From Myxococcota bacterium (GTDB lineage Bacteria; Myxococcota_A; UBA9160; UBA4427): DNA of 64,000 nucleotides. The notes beneath the pieces were generated by a model. It saw only the letters and a program-made list of their open reading frames with translations, was not told where the DNA came from and ran no database searches. The stretch is taken from positions 1 to 64,000 of the forward strand of contig JAYZFK010000094.1 in NCBI GenBank assembly GCA_036336835.1, written 5' to 3'. Shown here in pieces: positions 54,453-63,575 of the stretch (within the stretch, counting starts at the first letter, position 1; each line of letters begins with the position of its first letter). The position numbers were made by a program, and so were the translations under genes.

Positions 54453-55922
54453 TTAGCTCACCGTCGGAAGCTTCCGAGCCTCGCGCGAGCCCGCTCCACC
54501 GGAACGCAGGCAGCTTCCGACGACCGCGGTCGCGGCATTCAATGCGAGTCCCACCATGCCGATGTGCACGCCGCCCCAGCGCGTCACGCCAGCCAGGGTC
54601 AGACCGACGGAAAAAAGCGTACCGACCACCAGGCCGCAGAGCACCGGTGCGGCCCGCAGCCGCGACCAGTGGATCGAGAGCAGAAATGCAGGAACGCACT
54701 GGATCAGCAGCTCCATCTTGAGCTCGATCAGCCGCCAGAGGGTGATGTCGCCCTGGAGCGCGAACGGCACCATCGCCAGCAGGATCGCAGCGGCCAGCCG
54801 CTTGCCGATGCGAGCCGTTGCCTCGTCACCGAGCGGCCGGGTGACCAGATCGCGTGCGGCGAGCGCACCGAGCGAGAGCAGGCACGAGTCCGCAGTCGAC
54901 ATGATCGCGGCGAGTGCTCCCAGGAAGACGATCACGGCGCCAACGGTTCCCAGCGTTCCGGTCTCGGCCCACTGCGTCAGGAGCCGCGGCATCACCTCGT
55001 CCTGCGTAACGCCCTCCCCGAGGCTTGCGATCGCTGCGACGCCGATCAGTGTCACCACCAGCGTGGTGGCAAAGGGCATGAACGACATCGCGGCGAGCGA
55101 ACGCTGCAGCGAGCGCGCGTCCCGAGCGGCGTAGATGCGTTGGATCGCCTGGGGATACAGCACGCTGCCGAGTCCGAGCAGCCCAATCGTGCTGAACCAG
55201 TTGGCAACGCTCGTCGCGTCGGGCACTGCCAACACCGCCGGGCGCACCTTGGCGACCGAGCCGGTCATCCCTGCGAGCCCGCCCGCCTCGCTCAGCAGCC
55301 AGGCCAGCAGCGACCCGAGCCCGACGAGCATCAAGAGGCCCTGCCCCGCATCGGTCCAGGCGACGGCGCGCATACCACCGCGCGTCTCGTAGAACAGGAT
55401 CACGGCGGCGAGCCCGCTGACGCCCCATGCGTACGGAATCGCACCGCCGGTCACGACACTGGTGACCTCGCCCATCGCCTGCAGCTGTGCGAGCAGGAAG
55501 TTCGCCAGCGCGACGGTCATCAGTGCGCCGACCGCGATGCCCAGCGCGCGGGCACCCGGCTCTCCCGCAAATCGATTGCGCAGGTAGTCGCCCGGCGTGA
55601 CGAAGCCGTGCGCGACCGCCAGCGGCCGCAGCTTCGGTACCAGCGCGTGGAACACTACGACGATCGAGAGCATGAAGCCCGTCGACATCACGAACTCGAA
55701 GCCGCTCCGATAGGCGCGGCCCGGATAGCCGAGCAGCGAGTTGCCGCTGTACGCCGTGGCGTACAGTGTCAGGAACAGCACGAAGGTCCCGAGCTCGCGC
55801 CCGGCCAGGAAGTGATCACTCGCGCTCTTGTCGCGCTTGCGCCGGTGTGCAAACTCGGCGACGACGAGCAGCCCCGCCAGGTAGAGCCCGAGCGCCACGA
55901 GACCCAGCTGCTCGAGGCTCAC
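54453..55922 (-). CDS. Sodium:solute symporter family transporter
   Basis: FLAGRELG, ATAYSG..LLGYPG, GGMRAVAWTD, AAIMSTADS. Confidence 0.9.
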   Translation of the reverse strand: MSLEQLGLVALGLYLAGLLVVAEFAHRRKRDKSASDHFLAGRELGTFVLFLTLYATAYSGNSLLGYPGRAYRSGFEFVMSTGFMLSIVVVFHALVPKLRPLAVAHGFVTPGDYLRNRFAGEPGARALGIAVGALMTVALANFLLAQLQAMGEVTSVVTGGAIPYAWGVSGLAAVILFYETRGGMRAVAWTDAGQGLLMLVGLGSLLAWLLSEAGGLAGMTGSVAKVRPAVLAVPDATSVANWFSTIGLLGLGSVLYPQAIQRIYAARDARSLQRSLAAMSFMPFATTLVVTLIGVAAIASLGEGVTQDEVMPRLLTQWAETGTLGTVGAVIVFLGALAAIMSTADSCLLSLGALAARDLVTRPLGDEATARIGKRLAAAILLAMVPFALQGDITLWRLIELKMELLIQCVPAFLLSIHWSRLRAAPVLCGLVVGTLFSVGLTLAGVTRWGGVHIGMVGLALNAATAVVGSCLRSGGAGSREARKLPTVS

Positions 55923-56212
55923 GCTGCGCCCTCGTCACCGGCATCCCGGTCGTCCCCGCCACCCGCTTCACCCCCATCACTCCGGTCGGCGGGCAGAGCG
56001 TCCGAGAGCGGCGCGATCCACCAGGCGACGGCGTTCAGGCAGGCCGCGCCCAGGTAGCAACCGACGGCGATCGCAACCCAGTTGGGGAGCCCCAACAGCA
56101 GTGGTGGCACCGCATCGGCCGCGCGGTACCACGGAATCGAGACGAGATAGAGCAGACCGATCGCCCCGAGCAGCAGCGCGCGCAGGCGGCTTCGTCGGGC
56201 GGCCTCGGCCAT
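55919..56212 (-). CDS. Small membrane partner of the SSS transporter (DUF3311-like)
   Basis: Two TMs, SIPWY...LLGLPNW; overlaps the SSS start. Confidence 0.7.
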   Translation of the reverse strand: MAEAARRSRLRALLLGAIGLLYLVSIPWYRAADAVPPLLLGLPNWVAIAVGCYLGAACLNAVAWWIAPLSDALPADRSDGGEAGGGDDRDAGDEGAA

Positions 56213-56253
56213 GGAGGGGGTCGTAGCATGCGCCTCGCGCTGAACTCCTCCGC

Positions 56254-56976
56254 TCACCCGAACAGCTCTCCCTGCGCCGGCGGCTCTCGGGCCGCGAGCA
56301 GCTCCGGTCCTTCGGCGCGCGCATCGTTCACGCGATCTGAGACGGCTCGCACGGCCGTGTGCTCGGCCGGCCAGGGCACCAACAGGTCTGCAAGCGCCCG
56401 CGGGTCCTCCAGCTCGGGGTCGAGCCAGCGAGCGTAGTGCGTAGCCGCGAGCAACACCGGCATGCGGTCGTGAAACTCTGCGACGATCGCATTCGCGGCG
56501 GTGGTCAGGATCGTGCAGCTGTGCACCGCCTGGCCGCCTGGGTCCCACCAACTCTCCCACAAGCCGGCGGCCACCCACAGCGCGCCCTCGCCTTCCGAGG
56601 GATGGAACCAGCTCGGCAGCTTGCGACCGCCGCCGCCGCGCCACTCGAAGAACCCGGTCATCGGGACCAGGCAGCGGCGCCTGCGGATCGCCTCGCGGAA
56701 GGCGGGCTTGTCGGCGGCCGTCTCCGCGCGGGCGTTGATCATCCGGCTGCCGATCGACGCATCCCGAGCCCAGGTCGGAATCAAGCCCCAGCGATGCAGC
56801 GCAATCTGCCGCTTGCCCGGCTCGGCGCCGGCCTCACCCGCTGCCGCAATTCGCACGACCGGCACTGGCTGGCTCGGTGCCACGTTGAAGCGCGGCTGTA
56901 GGTCGAGCACCGGCTGCGCCTCGAAGTGGCTCGCGAGCTCTTGTCCGCTGCTCGTCAGCGTGTAGCGGCCGCACAC
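56254..56976 (-). CDS. SOS response-associated peptidase (SRAP/YedK/HMCES)
   Basis: N-terminal (M)CGRY, PRFNVAPSQ, WGLIP, INARAET, RRCLVP..GFFEW, HDRMPV. Confidence 0.93.
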   Translation of the reverse strand: MCGRYTLTSSGQELASHFEAQPVLDLQPRFNVAPSQPVPVVRIAAAGEAGAEPGKRQIALHRWGLIPTWARDASIGSRMINARAETAADKPAFREAIRRRRCLVPMTGFFEWRGGGGRKLPSWFHPSEGEGALWVAAGLWESWWDPGGQAVHSCTILTTAANAIVAEFHDRMPVLLAATHYARWLDPELEDPRALADLLVPWPAEHTAVRAVSDRVNDARAEGPELLAAREPPAQGELFG

Positions 56977-57019
56977 GGCGCTAGAGTACCGGCCCTGCCG
57001 ATCCTGAACGAGGAGCTCG

Positions 57020-58057
57020 ATGTCCCCGCCCAACGCCCCGGACACCAGCGAGTCGAGCATGCTCGCGGACAGCCAGGCGCCCACGCCGATCCTGGCCGTG
57101 CGCGCTGCGATCGGCGGCGTGCTGATGGGGCTCGCGAACCTGGTGCCCGGCATCAGCGGCGGCACCATGCTATTGGCGGCAGGTGTCTATCCCTCGTTCA
57201 TCTCGGGCATCGCCGAGCTCACGACACTGCGCCTCCGTGCGCGCAGCGTGCTGGTAGTCGGCACTGTCGCGGCCTCCGCCGGGGTGGCGATCCTGCTGCT
57301 CGCGGGGCTGATGAAGTCGCTCGTCGTCGAACAGCGCTGGCTGATGTACAGCCTGTTCATCGGTCTCACGCTGGGCGGCGTACCCCTGGTCTGGAAGCTC
57401 GCCCGCCCGGCGACACCGGCCGTCCTGGGCGGCGCTGCCGCGGCCTTCGCCGCGATGCTACTGATGCAGCTCGGCGGCGACGGCACAGGTGGATCCGATG
57501 GCAGCCTGCTGCTGCTCCTCTTGTCTGGGCTGGCGGGCGCCTCTGCGATGATCCTGCCCGGAGTGAGCGGCGGCTATCTGCTGCTGTTGCTCGGGCAGTA
57601 CGAGACCATTCTCGGGGCGATCGACCAGCTGAAGCGCGGTCTGCTCGGTGACGCGGGAATCGACGTCGCCCTGTTGCTCGATGCGCTGCGGGTCGTCGTT
57701 CCCGTCGGCATCGGCGTGGTGATCGGCGTCGTCGGTGTCTCCAACGCGATCAAGTGGCTGCTCGATCGGCACGCTAAGCCAACGCTGGGCGCATTGTTGG
57801 GCCTGCTGCTGGGTGCGGTCGTCGGTCTGTGGCCGTTCCAGATACCGGTCGCGCCCAAGCCAGGTGACGTGATCAAGGGCCAGCTGGTCCGCGCCGAGAC
57901 GCTGGCCGAGATCGAGCAGGAAGACTGGCGCCTCGAGCGCTTCGCACCCAGCGTCGGACAGGTCGGCGCGTCACTCGGGCTGGCGGCGCTGGGGCTGGGC
58001 GCCACGCTGGCGATCGCAAGGCTCGGTCGCGACCCGGACCCCGCTTCCGAGAGCTGA
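57020..58057 (+). CDS. DUF368 membrane protein (putative undecaprenyl-phosphate translocase)
   Basis: MGLANLVPGISGGT and AMILPGVSGG repeats, LLGQY. Confidence 0.88.
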   Translation: MSPPNAPDTSESSMLADSQAPTPILAVRAAIGGVLMGLANLVPGISGGTMLLAAGVYPSFISGIAELTTLRLRARSVLVVGTVAASAGVAILLLAGLMKSLVVEQRWLMYSLFIGLTLGGVPLVWKLARPATPAVLGGAAAAFAAMLLMQLGGDGTGGSDGSLLLLLLSGLAGASAMILPGVSGGYLLLLLGQYETILGAIDQLKRGLLGDAGIDVALLLDALRVVVPVGIGVVIGVVGVSNAIKWLLDRHAKPTLGALLGLLLGAVVGLWPFQIPVAPKPGDVIKGQLVRAETLAEIEQEDWRLERFAPSVGQVGASLGLAALGLGATLAIARLGRDPDPASES

Positions 58058-58221
58058 CACGGAGCAAGGGAAGTCGTCTGACCACGAACGGCACGCGCCC
58101 TGCCCGCCGGGCCTGCCACCGCGCGCGCAGGTCGCGCGCATTCTGTGTCCGATGTCCCTGTTTGCACGCTCAACCACGCGCGGTCGACGCGGCGCGCACG
58201 CTTCTTGCAAAGTCGATCGAG

Positions 58222-58308
58222 ATGCCCCGTGATCCGATTGGCGCGCTCGCCTTCCTGCTCGGCTGCTGGCTAGCCATCGAACTGCTGCGACCGCTGGTCA
58301 CGCACTGA
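58222..58308 (+). CDS. Candidate 28-aa single-TM micropeptide
   Basis: MPRDPIGALAFLLGCWLAIELLRPLVTH in an otherwise empty 300-bp gap, followed by a GAGCCG/CGGCTC hairpin. Confidence 0.35.
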   Translation: MPRDPIGALAFLLGCWLAIELLRPLVTH

Positions 58309-58359
58309 GCCGGCAGCCCGCGTGGGGGGCGGCTCGGTTCGCGATCCGTCCCGAGACTC

Positions 58360-59202
58360 CTAGCGCGGGCGGCGCCGCTGCTGGCCCTGAGTCTTGCCGA
58401 GTCGGGCCGGAGTCCGCGCGGTGAGCTCCCGGCAGTGCTTGCGCAGCGCCGCGACCTCGTCGCCGCGCAGCGGACGCGCCCTGCCGCGGGGGAGTCTTCC
58501 CAAGCGCAATGGGCCCAGCCGAACGCGCACCAGTCGCTTTACCGGGTGACCGACCAGCAGCAGGCTGCGTCGGATCTGGTGCTTGCGCCCCTCGCGCAGC
58601 ACCAGACATAGCCGTGTGATGCCGGCATCGGGATCGGGCCGCAGCTTCTTCACACTCGCGGGCGCCGTCATGCCGCCGTCGAGCCTCACGCCGCGCTCGA
58701 GTCGACGCACCGCCTTGTCGCCAAGCTCGCCACGCACCACTACCTCGTACTCGCGCTCGCTGCCGAGCGAGGGATGCAGCAACGCGTGTGCGATGGCGCC
58801 GTCGTTGGTCAGCAGCAGCAACCCCTCGGTGTCCGCGTCGAGTCGACCGACCGGGAAGACGCGCTCGACGTCGCGCGGCAGAAACTGGGCAACGGTGCGA
58901 CGTCCCTCGGGATCGCGCAGTGTCGTCAACACGCCCTTTGGCTTGTTCAGGACCCAGTAGCTCGGCTTCGCAAAGATCAGCCCCTCGCCATCCAGAGCAA
59001 CCGCGTCCCGTACCGGGTCGGCGCTGTCGCCGAGCTGCGCGACCGCGCCGTTGACCGACACGCGCCCGTCGCGGATCAGGGCCTCACAGCTGCGCCGCGA
59101 GCCGATCCCCGTGGCGGCAAGCAGCTTCTGCAACCGAGAGCGCCCTGCCGGCAGCGCGCCCGACGACGCGGGGCGCGCGCCGCGAGTCCTCCTGGCGGCC
59201 AT
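58360..59202 (-). CDS. rluB: rRNA pseudouridine synthase (RluB/RsuA family)
   Basis: S4 domain RLQKLLA..G.GSRR, LNKPKG, VGRLDADTEGLLLLTNDG, EGRKHQIRR; downstream of scpAB. Confidence 0.88.
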   Translation of the reverse strand: MAARRTRGARPASSGALPAGRSRLQKLLAATGIGSRRSCEALIRDGRVSVNGAVAQLGDSADPVRDAVALDGEGLIFAKPSYWVLNKPKGVLTTLRDPEGRRTVAQFLPRDVERVFPVGRLDADTEGLLLLTNDGAIAHALLHPSLGSEREYEVVVRGELGDKAVRRLERGVRLDGGMTAPASVKKLRPDPDAGITRLCLVLREGRKHQIRRSLLLVGHPVKRLVRVRLGPLRLGRLPRGRARPLRGDEVAALRKHCRELTARTPARLGKTQGQQRRRPR

Positions 59203-59206
59203 CGCC

Positions 59207-59929
59207 TCAGTCTACGATCTCGGGCTCGGTCCGGATCTCCGACTCGCCGGGCTCATCAGCCTCTGCGCCCGCCTGCACCGTCGTCGCCGAGACGTCCACC
59301 GTGCCATCGGGCACGACGATCTCGGGCTCCCCTCCCTCGGTACCGGTGGCGGGCTCGACGAGCCCGTCCGACTCGGCATCCTCGGAGCGCAGCAGGCCCT
59401 GCTCGCGCGCCAGCTCGTCGAGCTCGCGAAGCGCCGGCATCTCCTTGAGTGAGTCGAGTCCGAATACCTCGAGGAAGCGACGTGTCGTGCCGTAGACCAT
59501 CGGCCTGCCGGGCACCTCGCGATGCCCGGCGATCCGCACTAGCTGGCGGTCGAGCAGGCTCTTGAGCACCGGGCCACACTCCACGCCGCGCACAGCTTCG
59601 ACCTCACCGCGAGTGGCCGGCTGCTTGTAGGCCACGATCGACAGCGTCTCTAGCGCAGCGCGCGACAGCCGCAGCGGGCGCTGGCGATGGAGCTTCTGCA
59701 GATAGCCGGAGAACTCGGCCCGGGTCCGGACCTGATAGCCCCCCGCGACCTCCCAGATCTCGAACGCCCTGTCCTGCTCCTGATACTCGGTGTTGAGCTC
59801 GTTGACCAGGTCCTTCGCCTTGGCTGGCTTCACGTACGGGATCAGCTCCGCCAGCCGCTGGGCGGAGATCGGCTCGGGTGAAGCCAGAATCAGTGCTTCC
59901 ACGATGCGTCGTTGCTCGGTGCGATCCAT
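59207..59929 (-). CDS. scpB: SMC-Scp complex subunit ScpB
   Basis: VEALILAS, VAGGYQ, LSRAALETLSIVAYKQP.TR, VRGV, PGRP..YGTT..FL..FGL. Confidence 0.95.
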   Translation of the reverse strand: MDRTEQRRIVEALILASPEPISAQRLAELIPYVKPAKAKDLVNELNTEYQEQDRAFEIWEVAGGYQVRTRAEFSGYLQKLHRQRPLRLSRAALETLSIVAYKQPATRGEVEAVRGVECGPVLKSLLDRQLVRIAGHREVPGRPMVYGTTRRFLEVFGLDSLKEMPALRELDELAREQGLLRSEDAESDGLVEPATGTEGGEPEIVVPDGTVDVSATTVQAGAEADEPGESEIRTEPEIVD

Positions 59930-59941
59930 TCGATGCCTCGC

Positions 59942-60796
59942 TCACATGAGATCAGAGATGCGCTCGCGCCAGCGAGGCGCAACGCGATCGCCGTCGCGCG
60001 TCGCGCGCAGACGGATCGGGCCCTCGGGACTGCCGCGCTCACCGATCCCCTGATAGAGGGAGAGCGCCTGCAACCGCGCCAGCTCGAGAATCGCCAGAAA
60101 GCTCGCCACCAGCAGCGGGCGCGACGGCGGCCCCTCGACGATAGGCTCGAAGATTTGCGAGAACTCGATCGAATCGACCCGCTCGAGCAGCTCCATGATT
60201 GCGACCACCCGATCGCGCACGGCAAAGCTCTCGGCCTCGAGCTCGACCTCGTGGACGGACTCGTCCTCGCAGCGCGCCAGCACGGAGCGAAACGCGTCGA
60301 GCAGCTCGAACAGCCCCACCTCGATCTCGCGCTCGCTGTCGGGCACCCGCTGGGGTCCGCCACCCTGCGCATCGAAGACGTCGCGCCCCAGCAGGCGGCG
60401 GCGCCCAAGCAGCTCGGCCACCTCCTTGTAACGACGGTACTCGAGCAGCCGCGCCACCAGCTCGGCGCGTGGATCGACGCCCTCGCCCTCGTCTTCCGCG
60501 CCCTCGGGCGGCAAGAGCATGCGCGACTTGATCAGCGCAAGCGTCGCCGCCATCACCAGGTACTCGCCCGCCACGTCGAGCTCCAGCTCGCGCATCAGCT
60601 CGAGATAGCCGAGGTACTGATCGGCAATCTGCGCCACCGGAATCTCGGTAATCTCGACTTCGTTCTGCCGGATCAGGTGCAGCAGCAGATCCAGCGGGCC
60701 CTCGAAGACAGGCAGCTTGACTGCATAGGCAGCAGCAGCCCCAAGGCCGTGATCCTCGACCAAGACGACGTCGCTGTGCGGCTCGTGTGAACTCAT
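59942..60796 (-). CDS. scpA: Segregation and condensation protein ScpA
   Basis: FEGPLDLLLHLI, EYLVMAATL..IKSRMLLP, DPR.ELV.RLLEY, FLAILEL. Confidence 0.95.
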   Translation of the reverse strand: MSSHEPHSDVVLVEDHGLGAAAAYAVKLPVFEGPLDLLLHLIRQNEVEITEIPVAQIADQYLGYLELMRELELDVAGEYLVMAATLALIKSRMLLPPEGAEDEGEGVDPRAELVARLLEYRRYKEVAELLGRRRLLGRDVFDAQGGGPQRVPDSEREIEVGLFELLDAFRSVLARCEDESVHEVELEAESFAVRDRVVAIMELLERVDSIEFSQIFEPIVEGPPSRPLLVASFLAILELARLQALSLYQGIGERGSPEGPIRLRATRDGDRVAPRWRERISDLM

Positions 60797-61215
60797 AATC
60801 TGACCGCAGTGCGCACGCGGTGGGGGCCGCGGCCTGCCGAGGAGCCGACACCAGATGGCGACAGCTCGAACGGCGTTTGGAGTATGGAGGATCCCCCTGG
60901 ACGCGGCAACGCGGGCTGGCGCGGCCCACCTGCGGGGAGAACCTGCCCGAGCCAGCGCCTCGAGAACTCCGCGCTTCCCGAGGCGAGTGGTGGCGCAGGA
61001 CGGCGCCTCGAAGTCATTGCTTCCAAGGAGAGCACTTTGTTCGGCGCTGCGCCGGACCCGGTGGGCATTGATCGAGATGACCGAGCCGGATATCGACCGC
61101 GCAACGAGCGAACCCGACCGTGAGCGGCACAGGTCTCGTTGAGTGAAGCCGCTTGCAGCCCGGCCGAAAGGCAGGCCGCGCGTGATACCGTCCGGCTCCC
61201 ACGAGCGAGGCCGAG

Positions 61216-62877
61216 ATGCCGCAGGATGAGGACTTCGATGTCTGCGTGATCGGCACCGGGGCGGGTGGCGGCGTGATGATCGACCGCCTGACGGCGGCCG
61301 GGCTGCGCGTGGTCGCGCTCGAGCGGGGACCGCAGCTGTCGCTCTCCGACTTCGACGACGACGAGCTGCGCAACGTAGTGCGCGACGAGATCTTCTCGCC
61401 CCATCAGCTCGAGACCTATCGCTTCACCGCCACGAGTCCGAGCGAGACCGGGCGGCACAGCCAGATCGCACACTGTGTGGGCGGCACCATGACGCACTGG
61501 GCAGCCTGGTCGTGGCGCTTCCTGGAGGACGACTTCGAAGTGCTCTCGAAGGAGGGCGCAGTCGCCGGGGCGAGCCTGGCGGACTGGCCCGTCAGCTATG
61601 CCGAGATGGAGCCGTACTACGAGCTCGCCGAGCGCGACTTCGGCGTTGCCGGGAGCCAGGCGGCCAACCCGTTCGAGGCACCTCGCAAGTCGCCGTATCC
61701 GAATCCGCCGCACCCACAGCGGGTCTCCGGTCGCAAGCTGTTCGAGGGCGCGCGGAAGCTCGGCTACACACCCTTTCCCGTCCCGATGGCCATCAACTCA
61801 CGCCCCCACGGCGGTCGTCCGCAGTGTTTGTACGGCGGCGCCTGCCGCGCGTACGGCTGTCCGATCCACGCGAAGGCCACGACCTTCTCGGTCTCGCTGC
61901 CACGCGCAGCGCGCACCGGCAGGCTCGAGCTGGTACCGGACGCGATGGTGTACGAGCTGCCGCTCGACGCCCACGGCCGCGTGAGCGGCGCGCGTTATCT
62001 CGACGCGGAGGGCGTGCAACACGAGGTGCGAGCGCGCCAGACGGTCGTCGCAGCCGGCACCATCGGGACGCCGCACCTGCTGCTCTCCTCGACGTCGGGT
62101 GCGTTTCCGCGCGGGCTCGCAAACTCGTCCGATCAGGTCGGGCGCAATCTCACCTTCCATCACCATCCGTCGGCACTGGCCGTGTTCGACGAAGACCTGC
62201 GGGCCTATACCGGCCTCGAGACGCACGCGGCAGTCGACGATCTGCACGCAAGCGATCCGAAGCGGGGCTTCATCCGGGGCGGCGTGATCGCCGAGCTCAA
62301 CACGTTCACGCACCAGCCGATCGCCTTCTCGACACTCCTGGCGGATGCGCTGCCGTTCGGGTCGCGTTGGGGCCCGGGCCTGAAGGAGCGCATCCGAGCC
62401 TTCCCTCGCACGCTGGTGCTGGCCGCGATCTGCGAAGAGCTGCCGATGGCCGACAGCCGCGTGGATCTCGACCCAACGGTGACCGACCGCTTCGGACTCG
62501 CCGTGCCGCGCATCACCAAGCGCCAGCATCCCAATGACATCGCGATGTATCGCTGGTACGAGCGCAAGCTCGTCGAGCTCGCCGAGGCCACGGGGGCGAC
62601 AAAGGTGGCTACGGGCCGGCTCCCGGGCATCCAAATCGATGAGACACGCGCGCAGAAGGGCAACGCCCACAATCACGGTACCTGCCGGATGGGCAGCGAT
62701 CCCGAGACGTCGGTCGTCGACCGCGATTGCCGCAGCCACGCTGTACCGAACCTGTGGGTCGTCGACGGCAGCGTGATGCCGACTAATGGTGGCTACAACC
62801 CGACGCTCACGATCCTGGCCAACGCCTACCGCGTGGCCGACGCGTTCGTGCGCCGGGCCAAGGCGCGCCAGTCGTGA
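61216..62877 (+). CDS. GMC family oxidoreductase (flavoprotein subunit)
   Basis: IGTGAGGG, VGGTMTHW, CxYGGxC..YGC, HNHGTCRMG, NLWVVDGS, NPTLTI.A. Confidence 0.92.
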   Translation: MPQDEDFDVCVIGTGAGGGVMIDRLTAAGLRVVALERGPQLSLSDFDDDELRNVVRDEIFSPHQLETYRFTATSPSETGRHSQIAHCVGGTMTHWAAWSWRFLEDDFEVLSKEGAVAGASLADWPVSYAEMEPYYELAERDFGVAGSQAANPFEAPRKSPYPNPPHPQRVSGRKLFEGARKLGYTPFPVPMAINSRPHGGRPQCLYGGACRAYGCPIHAKATTFSVSLPRAARTGRLELVPDAMVYELPLDAHGRVSGARYLDAEGVQHEVRARQTVVAAGTIGTPHLLLSSTSGAFPRGLANSSDQVGRNLTFHHHPSALAVFDEDLRAYTGLETHAAVDDLHASDPKRGFIRGGVIAELNTFTHQPIAFSTLLADALPFGSRWGPGLKERIRAFPRTLVLAAICEELPMADSRVDLDPTVTDRFGLAVPRITKRQHPNDIAMYRWYERKLVELAEATGATKVATGRLPGIQIDETRAQKGNAHNHGTCRMGSDPETSVVDRDCRSHAVPNLWVVDGSVMPTNGGYNPTLTILANAYRVADAFVRRAKARQS

Positions 62878-63506
62878 GCGGCGGCGTCACACGACGCGAC
62901 TTCGTGCGCGGAGGCAGCCTCTACGGGGCGGGGCTGTGGCTCTCGCTGCGGCTACCCCGACCGGCCACCGCGGCAGCCGCCGCGGCCTCGAGCGCGCCGG
63001 TGAGCTTCTCTGCGCACGAGTGGGAGACGGTCGAGGCGATCACGAGCCGCATCCTGCCGAGCGATCACCAGCCCGGGGCGCTCGAGGCCGGCTGCGTCAA
63101 CTTCATCGACAAGGCACTCGCCAACGAGGATGCGGCCGCCAGGCCGCTCTACACCGACGGACTCCAGGCGCTCGATGCGGTCTGCACCAGACGTTTTGCG
63201 AAGCCCTTCGTCGCGCTCGAGCCGGCTCAGCGCGACGGCGTCCTGGCCGCCCTCGAAACCGGCAGTGCGACCGACTGGCCGCTCACCGAGTTGCCGTCGC
63301 CGCTCTTCTTCGAAACGCTCCGCCTGCACACGATCGTCGGCTTCCTCGCGGACCCCGAGTACGGCGGCAATCGCGACTACGCAGGCTGGCGCGTGAGCGG
63401 GTACCCCGGCCCGCGCCACCGCCTCGGAGGCTACCTGCCCGAGCAGCTGGCCGGCACGGCGCCGATCGTTCCCGTGTGGCAGCGCGAGCAGCGCAAAGCC
63501 CGGTAA
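62874..63506 (+). CDS. Gluconate 2-dehydrogenase subunit 3 family, Tat-exported
   Basis: TRRDFV Tat motif, PGALEAG..NFID, GFLADPEYGGNRD..GW...GYPG; GTGA overlap with the GMC gene. Confidence 0.88.
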   Translation: MSGGVTRRDFVRGGSLYGAGLWLSLRLPRPATAAAAAASSAPVSFSAHEWETVEAITSRILPSDHQPGALEAGCVNFIDKALANEDAAARPLYTDGLQALDAVCTRRFAKPFVALEPAQRDGVLAALETGSATDWPLTELPSPLFFETLRLHTIVGFLADPEYGGNRDYAGWRVSGYPGPRHRLGGYLPEQLAGTAPIVPVWQREQRKAR

Positions 63507-63575
63507 TCCGCTGCTCCGTGGCGATTCCGAGCTGGCGTCGAACCGATCGCTATGTCCATTGGAGGCCGACGCGGC

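Noticed and set aside
52355..54721. Long antisense/alternate-frame ORFs (also 3720-5855, 14115-15101, 32034-34274, 45536-47668 and others)
   Set aside because: Arg/Ala/Pro-rich shadows typical of high-GC coding DNA. They overlap well-supported genes and have no motifs.
58194..58209. Sigma-54-like promoter GCGCACGCTTCTTGCA before the micro-ORF
   Set aside because: The invariant -24 GG is CG here, so it is not called.
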